DNA of 64,000 bases, taken from an uncultured Clostridia bacterium. Its GTDB lineage: Bacteria; Bacillota; Clostridia; Oscillospirales; Ruminococcaceae. The stretch is taken from contig CALZUA010000002.1 of assembly GCA_945829235.1 (NCBI GenBank), forward strand, positions 58,650-122,649. Direction: 5' to 3'. Shown one piece after another: positions 55,413 through 64,000 of the stretch; the stretch's first letter is position 1; each line of letters begins with the position of its first letter. Below the pieces are notes generated by a model. The model had not been told where the DNA came from and made no database searches. It saw only the letters and a program-made list of their open reading frames with translations. The translations under genes were made by a program, and so were the position numbers.

Positions 55413-55420
55413 AAATTACC

Positions 55421-55735
55421 TCACTTTATTCTGTTGAAAAAGCAAGTCCTGTTTCCGGTATGACAAGCGGCCCCCGTCTGAATTACCTTAACCAAAAGCG
55501 TGTCATCATCGCAGTCGCCGTATATCTCGACAACCTTCTGCAAATGCCCCGAGGTTGCGCCCTTGTTCCAAAGCTCCTGTCGCGAGCGGCTCCAGAACCA
55601 AGTGTAGCCCGTTTCCAGCGTTTTTTTGAGGCTCTCCTCGTTCATATAAGCGAGCATCAGCACCTCGCCGTTTTCCGCGTCCTGAACAACCGCGGGGATA
55701 AGCTCACCTTTTTTGAAAAATTTCTGTAAATCCAT
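55421..55735 (-). CDS. hisI: phosphoribosyl-AMP cyclohydrolase
   Basis: IPAVVQD...VLMLAYMN..S...T...G..T.WSRSR..LW.KG.TSG and CHTG motifs. Start at ATG 55735. Confidence 0.9.
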   Translation of the reverse strand: MDLQKFFKKGELIPAVVQDAENGEVLMLAYMNEESLKKTLETGYTWFWSRSRQELWNKGATSGHLQKVVEIYGDCDDDTLLVKVIQTGAACHTGNRTCFFNRIK

Positions 55736-55736
55736 C

Positions 55737-57128
55737 TTACTCTCCATCATTAAAGCAATACAAAATAATCTCGCTCGGTTCTCCCGTGCAAACAAGGCAC
55801 TCCTTATCAACACGATAAGCCTTTGTTTCGTCGTTCACCATATCCTTCGAGTACAGAACCATTCTGCCGTTCTTGTCCGCGCCTTTTACGATAAACGAAC
55901 CCAAAATTCCGCCCTCGTCCTGACACCACATAAACACAACATCGCCTTCCTTTGCGTACTTGGGCAAGGTAACCGTTCTGTCGCTGTTTATCTTAACCGA
56001 ATGGGCCGAGCCAAGTCCTGATGAAAGGAGCTGGAACAGCAGAGAGGTGTTGTTTGGGAACGAAACCGAAATCCCTCCCGCGGTAAGGCACTTGGACAAG
56101 TGTTGAGCGCCGTATGAACCGATTCCGTCCTCAACGTGGTTTTTCGCGTACTCAACCGCTTTTGCACGGTCGTATTTCTCGTCTAATTTCCAACTGTTGC
56201 TTCTGCAAAGAAGGACGTTGCTGTCATTCTGAACTGCCGCAGGAAATTTTGAGGGGTCATCGCCGTCCTGATAGAAATGGAACAGAAATACCTCTTTTAA
56301 ATCGGTGTAGCAGTCGTAGCACTCCTCATCGGTGATGAAAGCGTATTGACCGTTGTTTCTCATATTGCGGCAGATAACCCTCATGTGACCGTTTTCATCA
56401 TCGCCAACATACAACAGCGAGTGTAGCATAAGTCCCTCATACGGGCAGAACGTCTGCACAACATCGCCGGGGCGAGCGTAATCGGGGAGAGTAACCGTCT
56501 GGTCCTCGTTTATCGGGAGAAACTCACCGAAACCAAGTCCCGAGCTTAAAAGCTGAAGGCAAAGTCCCGTTGAACTTGTGGAATTTGCCGAAAGTCCGCC
56601 CGCTTCCATACACTTGGCAATAAAAGGCGCGCAAAGCATAATTCCAACGTCCCAGTTTGCCCGCGCCCATGCAATCGAGCTTTCGATGTCGTAGGTTTCC
56701 GTGGGAGTTTTTGACGGCGCGTACCACATAACCGAGGGCTTGTCCGTGAGCTTTACAAGGTTGTTTTCAAATATGTAGTCGCGGTTGTAATCAGTGTAGA
56801 TGCCGTTGTTATTATAAATCTCGTTTGAATTTTCAACAAAATGATTTCCGATGTAATAGCCGTCGGCGGTATAACGATTTTGCGTATAATCCGGAATAAA
56901 TCCGTCCGGTCCGACAATTTCCCCATAAGAAATCTCGGGTGCGTCAATAATCTCGCTTTCGGTTGAACTCGAACCGCCTTCACTTGTTCCTGAGGAATTT
57001 CCGCTTGATGTTGAAGAGCTTGTCCCCGAATTAGTTGAACTGCCCGAGGAAGACTCAGAGGTTGTTCCGCAGGCTGTCAAAGACAGAATTGAAAATGCAA
57101 GTATTGCAGATAAAATTCGTTTTTTCAT
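55737..57128 (-). CDS. secreted lipoprotein with two tandem papain-fold (NlpC/P60 or amidase-like) modules, the second lacking Cys/His
   Basis: Lipobox LSLTACG and an S/T-rich linker. Internal repeat KC(M/L)xAGG(L/I)[20 protein letters not shown]. Module 1 keeps C (MLCAPF) and H ([10 protein letters not shown]). Module 2 has G at both positions. Confidence 0.6.
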   Translation of the reverse strand: MKKRILSAILAFSILSLTACGTTSESSSGSSTNSGTSSSTSSGNSSGTSEGGSSSTESEIIDAPEISYGEIVGPDGFIPDYTQNRYTADGYYIGNHFVENSNEIYNNNGIYTDYNRDYIFENNLVKLTDKPSVMWYAPSKTPTETYDIESSIAWARANWDVGIMLCAPFIAKCMEAGGLSANSTSSTGLCLQLLSSGLGFGEFLPINEDQTVTLPDYARPGDVVQTFCPYEGLMLHSLLYVGDDENGHMRVICRNMRNNGQYAFITDEECYDCYTDLKEVFLFHFYQDGDDPSKFPAAVQNDSNVLLCRSNSWKLDEKYDRAKAVEYAKNHVEDGIGSYGAQHLSKCLTAGGISVSFPNNTSLLFQLLSSGLGSAHSVKINSDRTVTLPKYAKEGDVVFMWCQDEGGILGSFIVKGADKNGRMVLYSKDMVNDETKAYRVDKECLVCTGEPSEIILYCFNDGE

Positions 57129-57217
57129 AATGCTCCTTAAATTCTACAAAATTATACTCAACATCTTATTTTAACACGAATTCAGATTTTTTTCAAGCTA
57201 TTTTGTGAAAATTTCAT

Positions 57218-57706
57218 TTATAAAATCAGCTCAAAGTTGTCGATATCGCGGTATGAGCCTTTTTTGAAACCAACCTCGCGCAGTGTACCGCAGAATGTAA
57301 AGCCGAAATCCTTGTGGAGCTTTTCGCTTGCCTCGTTGCCGCTTGTGATGACCGAAACTACGGTGTGAAGCGATTTGTCGTTTCGGGCAATCTCCAGAAT
57401 TTCCCGCATAAGCGCCTTGGCAATCCCCTGCCGCCTGAAATTTACATCAACGTAAATCGACAGCTCAACCGTTGATTTATACGCCTCTTTCTCCCGATAA
57501 GGCGACAAGGACGCATAACCGACAGCTTTCCCGTCAATTTCCGCGACAATTATCCTGTGACTGCCCGTGTGCGCGTAAAACCATTTTCGGCGTTCATCGA
57601 GAGATTTTTCGTGCAAATCGAGCGTTGCCACGCCGTTCAAAACCTCATAGTTGTAAATCTCGAGGAGTTCGGGCAAATCGCGCTCTTCGGCATTTCTAAT
57701 AGTCAT
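57218..57706 (-). CDS. GNAT N-acetyltransferase, phosphinothricin/MSO acetyltransferase (PAT/YwnH)-like
   Basis: IRNAEERDLPELLEIYNYEV..ATLD N-terminus and RRQGIAKALM loop, typical of PAT-type GNATs. Confidence 0.75.
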   Translation of the reverse strand: MTIRNAEERDLPELLEIYNYEVLNGVATLDLHEKSLDERRKWFYAHTGSHRIIVAEIDGKAVGYASLSPYREKEAYKSTVELSIYVDVNFRRQGIAKALMREILEIARNDKSLHTVVSVITSGNEASEKLHKDFGFTFCGTLREVGFKKGSYRDIDNFELIL

Positions 57707-57707
57707 T

Positions 57708-58466
57708 TCAAGTCCTCACGGGAATGTTGTGTGTTTTGAGGTGAGCTTTTACCTCGTCAACGGTTAGTTCTTTAAAGTGGAAAAGCGAAGCCGCGAGAGC
57801 CGCCGAGGAGTTTGTTTTCTCGAAAACCTCTGAGAAATGCTCGATTTTACCGCAACCGCCGCTTGCGATAACGGGAATTGTCACACGTTCGCAAACAAAA
57901 TTCAGCATATCGATATCAAAACCGCCGCGCACACCATCGGTATCGATTGAATTGAGGCAGATTTCACCTGCGCCGCGCTCGGAGATTTCCTTTACCCAAT
58001 CCCCCAAATCAAGGTTCATATCAACACGACCGCCGTTTATGAACACGGAATAGCCGCCCTTGTCGTTGCGCTTCGCGTCAATTCCCACAACAACGCACTG
58101 CGAGCCGAAAATCTCCGCTGCGTCGCTGATAAGCTTCGGATTCTTGACAGCCTGCGAGTTAACCGAAACCTTGTCCGCACCTGCTCTCAGGGTATCGCGG
58201 AAATCCTCGATTGACGAAATTCCTCCGCCAACGCAAAGCGGCACGAAAACCTGCTCCGCTGTGCGTTTCACAACGTCCAGCATAACGCCGCGTCCCTCGT
58301 AGGAAGCCGTTATATCGTAAAAAACAAGCTCGTCCGCGCCCTGCTTGTTGTATTCAATAGCAAGCTCCACGGGGTCGCCGATGTCCTTCACGCCCTCAAA
58401 ATTCACGCCCTTTACAACCTTACCGTTCCTTACGTCAAGGCAGGGTATAATTCGTTTTGCAAGCAT
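57708..58466 (-). CDS. hisF: imidazole glycerol phosphate synthase, cyclase subunit
   Basis: RIIPCLDV and GAGEI...SID.DG motifs. Confidence 0.95.
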   Translation of the reverse strand: MLAKRIIPCLDVRNGKVVKGVNFEGVKDIGDPVELAIEYNKQGADELVFYDITASYEGRGVMLDVVKRTAEQVFVPLCVGGGISSIEDFRDTLRAGADKVSVNSQAVKNPKLISDAAEIFGSQCVVVGIDAKRNDKGGYSVFINGGRVDMNLDLGDWVKEISERGAGEICLNSIDTDGVRGGFDIDMLNFVCERVTIPVIASGGCGKIEHFSEVFEKTNSSAALAASLFHFKELTVDEVKAHLKTHNIPVRT

Positions 58467-58477
58467 AGTTTTCTCCT

Positions 58478-59194
58478 TTAATTACCCGCAGTTTTGACCG
58501 CTTCAGCCAAATCAAGACTGCCCGAATATATCGATTTTCCGCAGATTGTACCGTAAAGCCCGAGTTTTTTGCAGATTACAATATCCTCAATCGTTTGAAC
58601 GCCGCCGCTTGCGATTATGTTCGCTTTGCAGCACTTGTTTATCTCGTCAAGCTGTTCCGCGTTTACTCCAGAAAGCGTGCCGTCCTTTGAGATATCGGTG
58701 AAAATTATGTACTCAACGCCAACCTCGCTCATCGCCTTTGCAAGCTGAGTGAAATGAACATTTGAGGTTTCAAGCCAGCCTTCTGTTGCCACAAAGCCGT
58801 TTTTTGCGTCAATTCCCACGGCAATTCTCTCGCCGTATTCCTTTACTGCGTCTTTGATAAGCTGAGGATTTTTCACGGCGGCAGAGCCGATTATCACGCG
58901 CGAAATTCCGCCTTTCAGGTACATCTCAACCGTGTCCATTGAGCGTATTCCCCCGCCGACTTCAACCTTAAGCTTTGTGTTTTTTGCCACATCAAGGAAA
59001 ATGTCTTTATTTTGCTGGGTTGCGTCCTTTGCGCCGTCGAGGTCAACCATATGTATCCACTCCGCGCCTTCTTTTTCAAACGCTCTCGCGGTGTCCATAT
59101 AGCTGTCGGCAACCTTTTGTACAGTTGCGTAATCGCCCTTGTACAGCCGCACGCACTGCCCGTCCTTTATATCGATTGCGGGTAAAATTACCAT
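58478..59194 (-). CDS. hisA: ProFAR isomerase
   Basis: [15 protein letters not shown] and ASGGV motifs. Start at ATG 59194. Confidence 0.95.
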   Translation of the reverse strand: MVILPAIDIKDGQCVRLYKGDYATVQKVADSYMDTARAFEKEGAEWIHMVDLDGAKDATQQNKDIFLDVAKNTKLKVEVGGGIRSMDTVEMYLKGGISRVIIGSAAVKNPQLIKDAVKEYGERIAVGIDAKNGFVATEGWLETSNVHFTQLAKAMSEVGVEYIIFTDISKDGTLSGVNAEQLDEINKCCKANIIASGGVQTIEDIVICKKLGLYGTICGKSIYSGSLDLAEAVKTAGN

Positions 59195-59238
59195 AAAATT
59201 GTCCCCTTTTACAAAAATGTTTCTTTTTATCAACCACT

Positions 59239-59266
59239 ATTGCGTAAAAGTTTTCTTTTGCGCAAT
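59239..59266. repeat. second copy of the 28-bp palindrome, in the hisH-hisA spacer
   Basis: ATTGCGTAAAA-GTTTTC-TTTTGCGCAAT. The arms match 46296..46323 except for one position, and the centre differs. Confidence 0.85.
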
Positions 59267-59270
59267 TGCC

Positions 59271-59861
59271 TTATAGTTGAGCGAACTTTTTAAGCATTTC
59301 AAGTCCCGCTTCGCCGCTCTTTTCGGGGTGAAACTGCGCGCCGTAAACATTGCCGTTAAAGACAAGCGCGGGAATTTTCATTCCGTAATCGCAGTAAGCC
59401 GCGACGTTTTCGCTCGGGCAATCCGCCGCATAAGAATGCACGAAATAGACGTATTCCCCGCCCTTTTCGAGCAGCTTGCACGGCTTGTTGAGTTCAAGCT
59501 CGTTCCAGCCGATATGCGGGATAGGGAGATTTTCGGGCGTCATCAGCTTCACGCTGCCCTTTATCAGCCCAAGCCCGTCGGTTTCCTCAAACTCGTAGCC
59601 TTTTTCAAATAGCATTTGCATACCGAGGCAAATCCCCAGAAGCGGCTTTTTCTGAACCTCTTCCTTGATAACCTCGACAAGTCCGCTTTCACGGAGCATT
59701 CTCATAGCGTCCGGAAACGCGCCCACTCCGGGCAGAATAAGCCTGTCAGCGGCACGCAAATCCTCGGCGTTTTTGGTTACCTTATTTTCAATTCCGAGAT
59801 AGTCCAGCGCGTTTTTCACGCTAAAAAGATTGCCCGCGCCGTAATCGATTATAGCTGTCAT
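59271..59861 (-). CDS. hisH: imidazole glycerol phosphate synthase, glutaminase subunit
   Basis: GICLGMQ nucleophile elbow and the HSY..QFHPEKS triad region. Confidence 0.95.
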   Translation of the reverse strand: MTAIIDYGAGNLFSVKNALDYLGIENKVTKNAEDLRAADRLILPGVGAFPDAMRMLRESGLVEVIKEEVQKKPLLGICLGMQMLFEKGYEFEETDGLGLIKGSVKLMTPENLPIPHIGWNELELNKPCKLLEKGGEYVYFVHSYAADCPSENVAAYCDYGMKIPALVFNGNVYGAQFHPEKSGEAGLEMLKKFAQL

Positions 59862-60289
59862 ATCAACTCACCTTTCGTCAGGAATATTTTTTCAGAATTC
59901 AGCTTAATATGCTCCATTATGTGACCGATATTTCCCTCGCCCGCATACTCTTGCATATCAAAAAAATTACAGTCAAGCCCGCTCCAGAAAAGCGGATTTT
60001 CCTCGCCTTTTATTTGTACATCACGCTTAAGCTGTCCCGCGTAAACCTCAACATAGCAAGGGTCAAGCGGATAAGTGAAATCCATAAGGTGAGTTAGTCC
60101 GATATCCTGCCGCGTTATTCCCGTTTCCTCAAAAAGCTCGCGATAAGCCGCATCCTCGCCGCTTTCGCCACTCTCAATCTTCCCGCCGACAAAGTTTTTC
60201 AGCCCTTTGTACGGGTCTTTTTTTCTCTTGCACATAAGCATTTTCTCACCGTCAGCCGAGAAAACGACAATAAGGTTATACCCCTGCAT
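59858..60289 (-). CDS. NUDIX hydrolase
   Basis: Nudix box GGKIESGESGEDAAYRELFEETGI. It overlaps the hisB stop (TAATG) and the hisH start (ATGA). Confidence 0.85.
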   Translation of the reverse strand: MQGYNLIVVFSADGEKMLMCKRKKDPYKGLKNFVGGKIESGESGEDAAYRELFEETGITRQDIGLTHLMDFTYPLDPCYVEVYAGQLKRDVQIKGEENPLFWSGLDCNFFDMQEYAGEGNIGHIMEHIKLNSEKIFLTKGELI

Positions 60290-60876
60290 TAAAGCACACC
60301 CTTTGTCGATACAATCTCGCCGGAATTTTGCCTTGTAGCCGCTTTAAGCGCGTAAGCAAGCGCCTTGAAAAGTGCTTCTGCCTTGTGGTGGTCGTTTTTG
60401 CCGTACTCGCAGCGCAGGTGGAGAGTTATCCCCGCGTTGAACGCGAACGCTCTCATAAATTCCTCAATAAGACAAGTATCAAGCTCGCCGATTTTCTCGT
60501 TCACGAACTCAGCATTAAACACTAGAAACGGTCTGCCGCTTATGTCAACCGCGCAAAATCCAAGTGACTCGTCCATCGGAATAAAAGCGCTTCCGTAACG
60601 CACAATTCCGCCCTTGTCGCCGAGCGCCTCGCAGAACGCTTTTCCGAGGACAATTCCCACGTCCTCGGCGGTGTGGTGACCGTCAACCTCAAGGTCGCCT
60701 TTGGCTGCGAGCGTAAGCCCGAACCCTCCGTGAACCCCAAGCGCAGTCAGCATATGATCGAGAAAACCTATACCCGTTTTGATTTTCACTTCCCCGCCGT
60801 CAAGATTTAGCGACGCGGAAATAACGGTTTCTTTCGTTTTTCTGGTAATGTCTGCTTTTCTCATATTTTTCCTCAA
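60289..60876 (-). CDS. hisB: imidazoleglycerol-phosphate dehydratase (monofunctional, no phosphatase domain)
   Basis: GIGFLDHML, DGHHT.ED and G.N.HH..EA.FKA motifs, 195 aa only. Confidence 0.95.
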   Translation of the reverse strand: MRKNMRKADITRKTKETVISASLNLDGGEVKIKTGIGFLDHMLTALGVHGGFGLTLAAKGDLEVDGHHTAEDVGIVLGKAFCEALGDKGGIVRYGSAFIPMDESLGFCAVDISGRPFLVFNAEFVNEKIGELDTCLIEEFMRAFAFNAGITLHLRCEYGKNDHHKAEALFKALAYALKAATRQNSGEIVSTKGVL

Positions 60877-62174
60877 TTTCCGTCTTTTCTCACTGCAATC
60901 GAATTTGCGTGAGCGGTGAGCTGTTCGCGATTTGCAATCAGTATAATATCGTCCGCCGCGTCAAGAAGCGCGTCCTTTGTGTAACAAATGTAGCTTGAAC
61001 GCTTCACAAAGCTGTCAACACCGAGCGGCGAGTAAAATCTCGCCGTACCGCCTGTCGGAAGAACGTGGTTCGGTCCTGCGTAATAGTCGCCGAGAGGCTC
61101 GGGAGAGTGGTTCCCGAGGAACAGCGAACCCACGTTGTCGAGCTTTCCTATATATTCCATCGGGTTCTCGCAGCATACTTCAAGGTGCTCGGGAGCAATT
61201 TTGTTGGCAATTTCAATCGCGTAATCCATATCATCGCAGACAATAATTGCGCCGTAATTTTTCAGCGACTCCTCGATGATTTCTTTTCTCGAAAGGTACT
61301 GAATCTGACGCTCAATTTCAGCCTTTGTCTTTTCGGCAATTTCGCGGCTTGTGGTAATCATAATCGCGCTTGCGAGCTTGTCGTGCTCAGCCTGCGACAT
61401 CAAATCTGCGGCAAGGTAAACGGGATTTGCCGTTTCGTCCGCAAGAACAAGAATTTCGCTCGGACCTGCAACCATATCGATATCAACATTACCGTAAACG
61501 AGCTTTTTCGCGGTTGCCACGAAAATATTGCCCGGGCCAACGATTTTCGATACGCGCGGAATTTCCTCGGTACCGTAAGCAAGTGCGGCAATCGCCTGAG
61601 CGCCGCCCGTGAGATAAATTCTGTCAACGCCGCAAAGCGCCGCCGCAACGAGAATATCCTTATTCACCGAACCGTCTTTAAGCGGCGGTGTAACCATAAT
61701 TACCTCTTTAACGCCGGCAATTTTCGCGGGAATTGCGTTCATCAGCACCGATGACGGATAAGCCGCCGTGCCGCCCGGAACATACAATCCAACCTTATCA
61801 AGACCGCGAACGCGCTGTCCCATAATAACGCCGTTCTCCTCGGTTACGCAAAAGCCCTCGCGCTTTTGTCTGGTGTGAAAAGCAGTGATGTTCTCGACAG
61901 CATTCAGCATTGCTTCAACAAATTCGGGAGATTTCTCGTTTGCCTCGGTGAGTGCGTCCTGAATAGCCTCATCGGGAACACGATAGTATTTCGCGTTCGG
62001 GCAGTCGAATTTCGCTGTATAAGCCTTGACAGCCTTGTCGCCGTTTTGCTTTACGTTCTCGAGAATTGCCTTTACGGTTTTCTCAACCTCCGCGCCGACT
62101 TCTCCCGCACGTTTTTCGGTTTCTGCGAGAAATTTTTTCTCATCACCGTTTGCTTCGATAATTCTAATCATCAC
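60873..62174 (-). CDS. hisD: histidinol dehydrogenase
   Basis: GGAQAIAALAYGT, AGPSE and QAEHD motifs. Confidence 0.95.
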   Translation of the reverse strand: MMIRIIEANGDEKKFLAETEKRAGEVGAEVEKTVKAILENVKQNGDKAVKAYTAKFDCPNAKYYRVPDEAIQDALTEANEKSPEFVEAMLNAVENITAFHTRQKREGFCVTEENGVIMGQRVRGLDKVGLYVPGGTAAYPSSVLMNAIPAKIAGVKEVIMVTPPLKDGSVNKDILVAAALCGVDRIYLTGGAQAIAALAYGTEEIPRVSKIVGPGNIFVATAKKLVYGNVDIDMVAGPSEILVLADETANPVYLAADLMSQAEHDKLASAIMITTSREIAEKTKAEIERQIQYLSRKEIIEESLKNYGAIIVCDDMDYAIEIANKIAPEHLEVCCENPMEYIGKLDNVGSLFLGNHSPEPLGDYYAGPNHVLPTGGTARFYSPLGVDSFVKRSSYICYTKDALLDAADDIILIANREQLTAHANSIAVRKDGN

Positions 62175-62803
62175 AAATTCTCCTTAATCAGATTTACAAT
62201 TTCCAAAATTCGTTCCTGTTTGAGTTTAATGCTTACGGTATTTGCGATAAGCCTTGCCGATACGGGAGCAACGTCCTCGACAACCTCAAGTCCGTTTTCC
62301 TTGAGAGTTGTACCCGTTTCGACAATATCCACAATTCCGTCCGAAAGCCCAACCAGCGGTGCCAGCTCAACCGAACCTTCAATTTTCACGATATCCACGT
62401 CAATTCCCTTATTTTCAAAGAAATTTCGCGTAACCTCAGGGTATTTTGTAGCAACGGTTTTCACGCCGTAACCGCTGTAAAAATCCGTTCCCTTTTTAAC
62501 GGCAAGAGCGAATTTGCATTTGCCGAAACCCAAATCCGCGATTTCGTAGAACTTTCCGCCGTGCTCCATAATCGTGTCTTTTCCGACAACACCGAGGTCG
62601 CAGACGCCGTGCTCAACGTATGTAATAACATCTGCCGCCTTTGCGAGAACTACTTCAATATTCTCGTTCGGTATTGTGAGAATAAGCCTTCTTCCCTTTT
62701 CGCGCAGGTCTGTGACATCGTAGCCGCTCTTTTCCAGCAAGTCAACAGCCTTGTTTTCAATTCTGCCCTTTGTAAGCGCAATTCTGATTTTCTTGTTCTC
62801 CAC
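62171..62803 (-). CDS. hisG: ATP phosphoribosyltransferase, short (HisZ-dependent) form
   Basis: About 210 aa with no C-terminal regulatory domain, and a DIVETGTTL motif. Confidence 0.9.
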   Translation of the reverse strand: MENKKIRIALTKGRIENKAVDLLEKSGYDVTDLREKGRRLILTIPNENIEVVLAKAADVITYVEHGVCDLGVVGKDTIMEHGGKFYEIADLGFGKCKFALAVKKGTDFYSGYGVKTVATKYPEVTRNFFENKGIDVDIVKIEGSVELAPLVGLSDGIVDIVETGTTLKENGLEVVEDVAPVSARLIANTVSIKLKQERILEIVNLIKENL

Positions 62804-62805
62804 GG

Positions 62806-63999
62806 TTACACCTCCCTGCTTTCGATTTCGCCGTTTTCGTCAATAATTTCAAGCTTGTGTATACCGTGAGCTATAGCGAATTTTTCCGCACATTTTGGGC
62901 ACTCGCCGTTGAAATTGCGAACAGTCAAGCCCTCGGAAATCAGCTTCTCGCAATGTTTGAGAGCCGCGATTTTGTTCTTCGAGAACACAAGAACATCTGC
63001 GGTTTTCGTGAGTGCTTTGCCCTTGTTTTTGAGGTAAACCTTAGCCGCAGCCTCGATGTTCACGGCAAACCCGACAGCCTTCGCGTCTGTGCCGCCGAAT
63101 TCACCGATAAGCGAGTCATAGCGTCCGCCCGACAAAACAGGCTGTCCGTAGCCCTCAACGTAGCCCTTGAAAATTATGCCCGTGTAGTAATTTTTCTTGT
63201 TCACAAGTCCCAAGTCAACGCGTATTTTCTCCTCGGGAACGATTTCAGACAACTCACGGCAGAGCTTTTCAAGCCGCGCGAGCTTTTGTTCAAGCGCATC
63301 GCCGTGAAGGTGCTTTCGAGCCTGCTCAAACACCTCAAAACCGCCGAAAAGTCGTGGCAACATTCTAAGTGCCTCGGCTGATTTATCCGCATTTTCAAGA
63401 AGATAATCAAGCGCGGGCAAATTTTTGTTCTCAATAATCTGACGAAGATTATCAATCTGCTCTTCGTCAGAGAAATCGTATTGCGAGAGCAACTCGCTGA
63501 AAATGCCGCTGTCGCCGATTTCAAGGCGGTAATCCTCGTCGCACTCCCGAAGCGCCTTTGCGGCAAGAAACAGCGCCTCGTAATCCGAGTCCTCGTTTTC
63601 GCCGCCGATTATCTCAATTCCGCTCTGTTCAAACTCGTCGTCGCGGCCGCTGTCTTTCGGGTTTACCATAAAAATGCTCTGATTGTAGAACAGCTTCAGC
63701 GGAAGCTCTTCACCGCGAAGTCTTGTTGCACAAAGTCTTGCAATCGGCATTGTGTTGTCGGGGCGAAGCACCATCAGGCGGTTTTTTCCGTCAACGAGCT
63801 TGTACATCGTTTCGGGCGAAAAATGCCGCGTTTTCCCGTTAAATACATCATAAAACTCAATTCCGGGAGTTATCACCTCGGAATAGCCGTAGCTCTCGAA
63901 AATTCCCGTAATTCTCTCCTCGAGCAACCGCTTTGCGGCACATTCCTCGAAGAGCAAGTCCCGAGTACCCTCGGGTGTAAGCCAGTCGTTTCTTCTCAT
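62806..63999 (-). CDS. hisZ: ATP phosphoribosyltransferase regulatory subunit (HisRS paralog)
   Basis: HisRS-like class II fold (PEGTRDLL, LRPD.T.PIAR) without an anticodon-binding domain. It lies directly upstream of short hisG. Confidence 0.85.
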   Translation of the reverse strand: MRRNDWLTPEGTRDLLFEECAAKRLLEERITGIFESYGYSEVITPGIEFYDVFNGKTRHFSPETMYKLVDGKNRLMVLRPDNTMPIARLCATRLRGEELPLKLFYNQSIFMVNPKDSGRDDEFEQSGIEIIGGENEDSDYEALFLAAKALRECDEDYRLEIGDSGIFSELLSQYDFSDEEQIDNLRQIIENKNLPALDYLLENADKSAEALRMLPRLFGGFEVFEQARKHLHGDALEQKLARLEKLCRELSEIVPEEKIRVDLGLVNKKNYYTGIIFKGYVEGYGQPVLSGGRYDSLIGEFGGTDAKAVGFAVNIEAAAKVYLKNKGKALTKTADVLVFSKNKIAALKHCEKLISEGLTVRNFNGECPKCAEKFAIAHGIHKLEIIDENGEIESREV

Positions 64000-64000
64000 A

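Noticed and set aside
46296-59266. The 12.9-kb segment between the two 28-bp palindromes as an excisable or invertible cassette.
   Set aside because: The segment starts in an intergenic region but ends inside the his operon, so rearrangement would sever hisH from hisA. Its content is housekeeping (pepF, tyrA, fba, hisAFIE). The two central 6-mers also differ (TTTTTA versus GTTTTC).
1-64000. Search for rRNA, tRNA, CRISPR arrays, IS elements/transposases, and known defence or secretion modules.
   Set aside because: Intergenic space is too short for rRNA. I saw no cloverleaf-like segments, no regularly spaced direct repeats, no DDE or serine recombinase genes, and no nuclease, helicase or methylase clusters. 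This was an inspection by eye only, and tRNAscan, Infernal or DefenseFinder would be the proper check.

Overview
The window looks like core chromosome of a Clostridia-type Firmicute, judged from gene content: hisZ with short hisG, bifunctional argJ, pduL, paired M42 peptidases and Cys-rich Mrp. I call 72 protein genes, tightly packed and mostly in long co-directional operons. I saw no rRNA, tRNA, CRISPR array, transposase or phage structural gene. Main blocks are listed in order below.
- MarR plus a MacB-type ABC transporter, cut by the window start.
- udp, ttcA, alr, glucokinase, ilvD and pduL.
- A Zur-box-controlled operon: GNAT-zur-znuACB.
- A roughly 10 kb arginine operon on the minus strand, argG-argH-argC-X-argJ-X-argB-argD-X-X-argF, with four non-arg inserts (X).
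- An XRE/ImmA pair heading an M42 aminopeptidase operon.
- tmk, DUF2156, DJ-1, MTHFS, mltG and U32.
- A large GH3 glycosidase followed by deoC-deoB.
- mrp.
- aroB-aroA-aroC.
- A Xer-type tyrosine recombinase.
- An OmpR/histidine-kinase pair with an extra soluble kinase-like gene.
- pepF, tyrA and fba.
- A histidine operon, hisZ-G-D-B-[Nudix]-H-A-F-[GNAT]-[lipoprotein]-I-[membrane]-E.
The least ordinary part is 45.2-50.1 kb. The Xer recombinase there has a perfect 28-bp dif-shaped palindrome in its 5' leader, and a second copy lies 13 kb away inside the his operon. Next to it is an orphan unit of about 90 nt with a perfect sigma-70 promoter and an intrinsic terminator, which could be a small RNA or a 17-codon hydrophobic micro-ORF. 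A terminator-containing leader with a similarly placed 17-codon ORF sits in front of the two-component operon, and a degenerate soluble kinase-like gene lies upstream of that. Other points worth follow-up:
- Uncharacterised genes translationally coupled inside the arg and his operons, including a Nudix hydrolase as a candidate for the missing histidinol-phosphatase.
- An SCP2 protein with a histone-H1-like tail.
- A roughly 140-bp duplication of a convergent gene junction.
All functional calls come from my reading of the translated ORFs and motifs. No database search was run.
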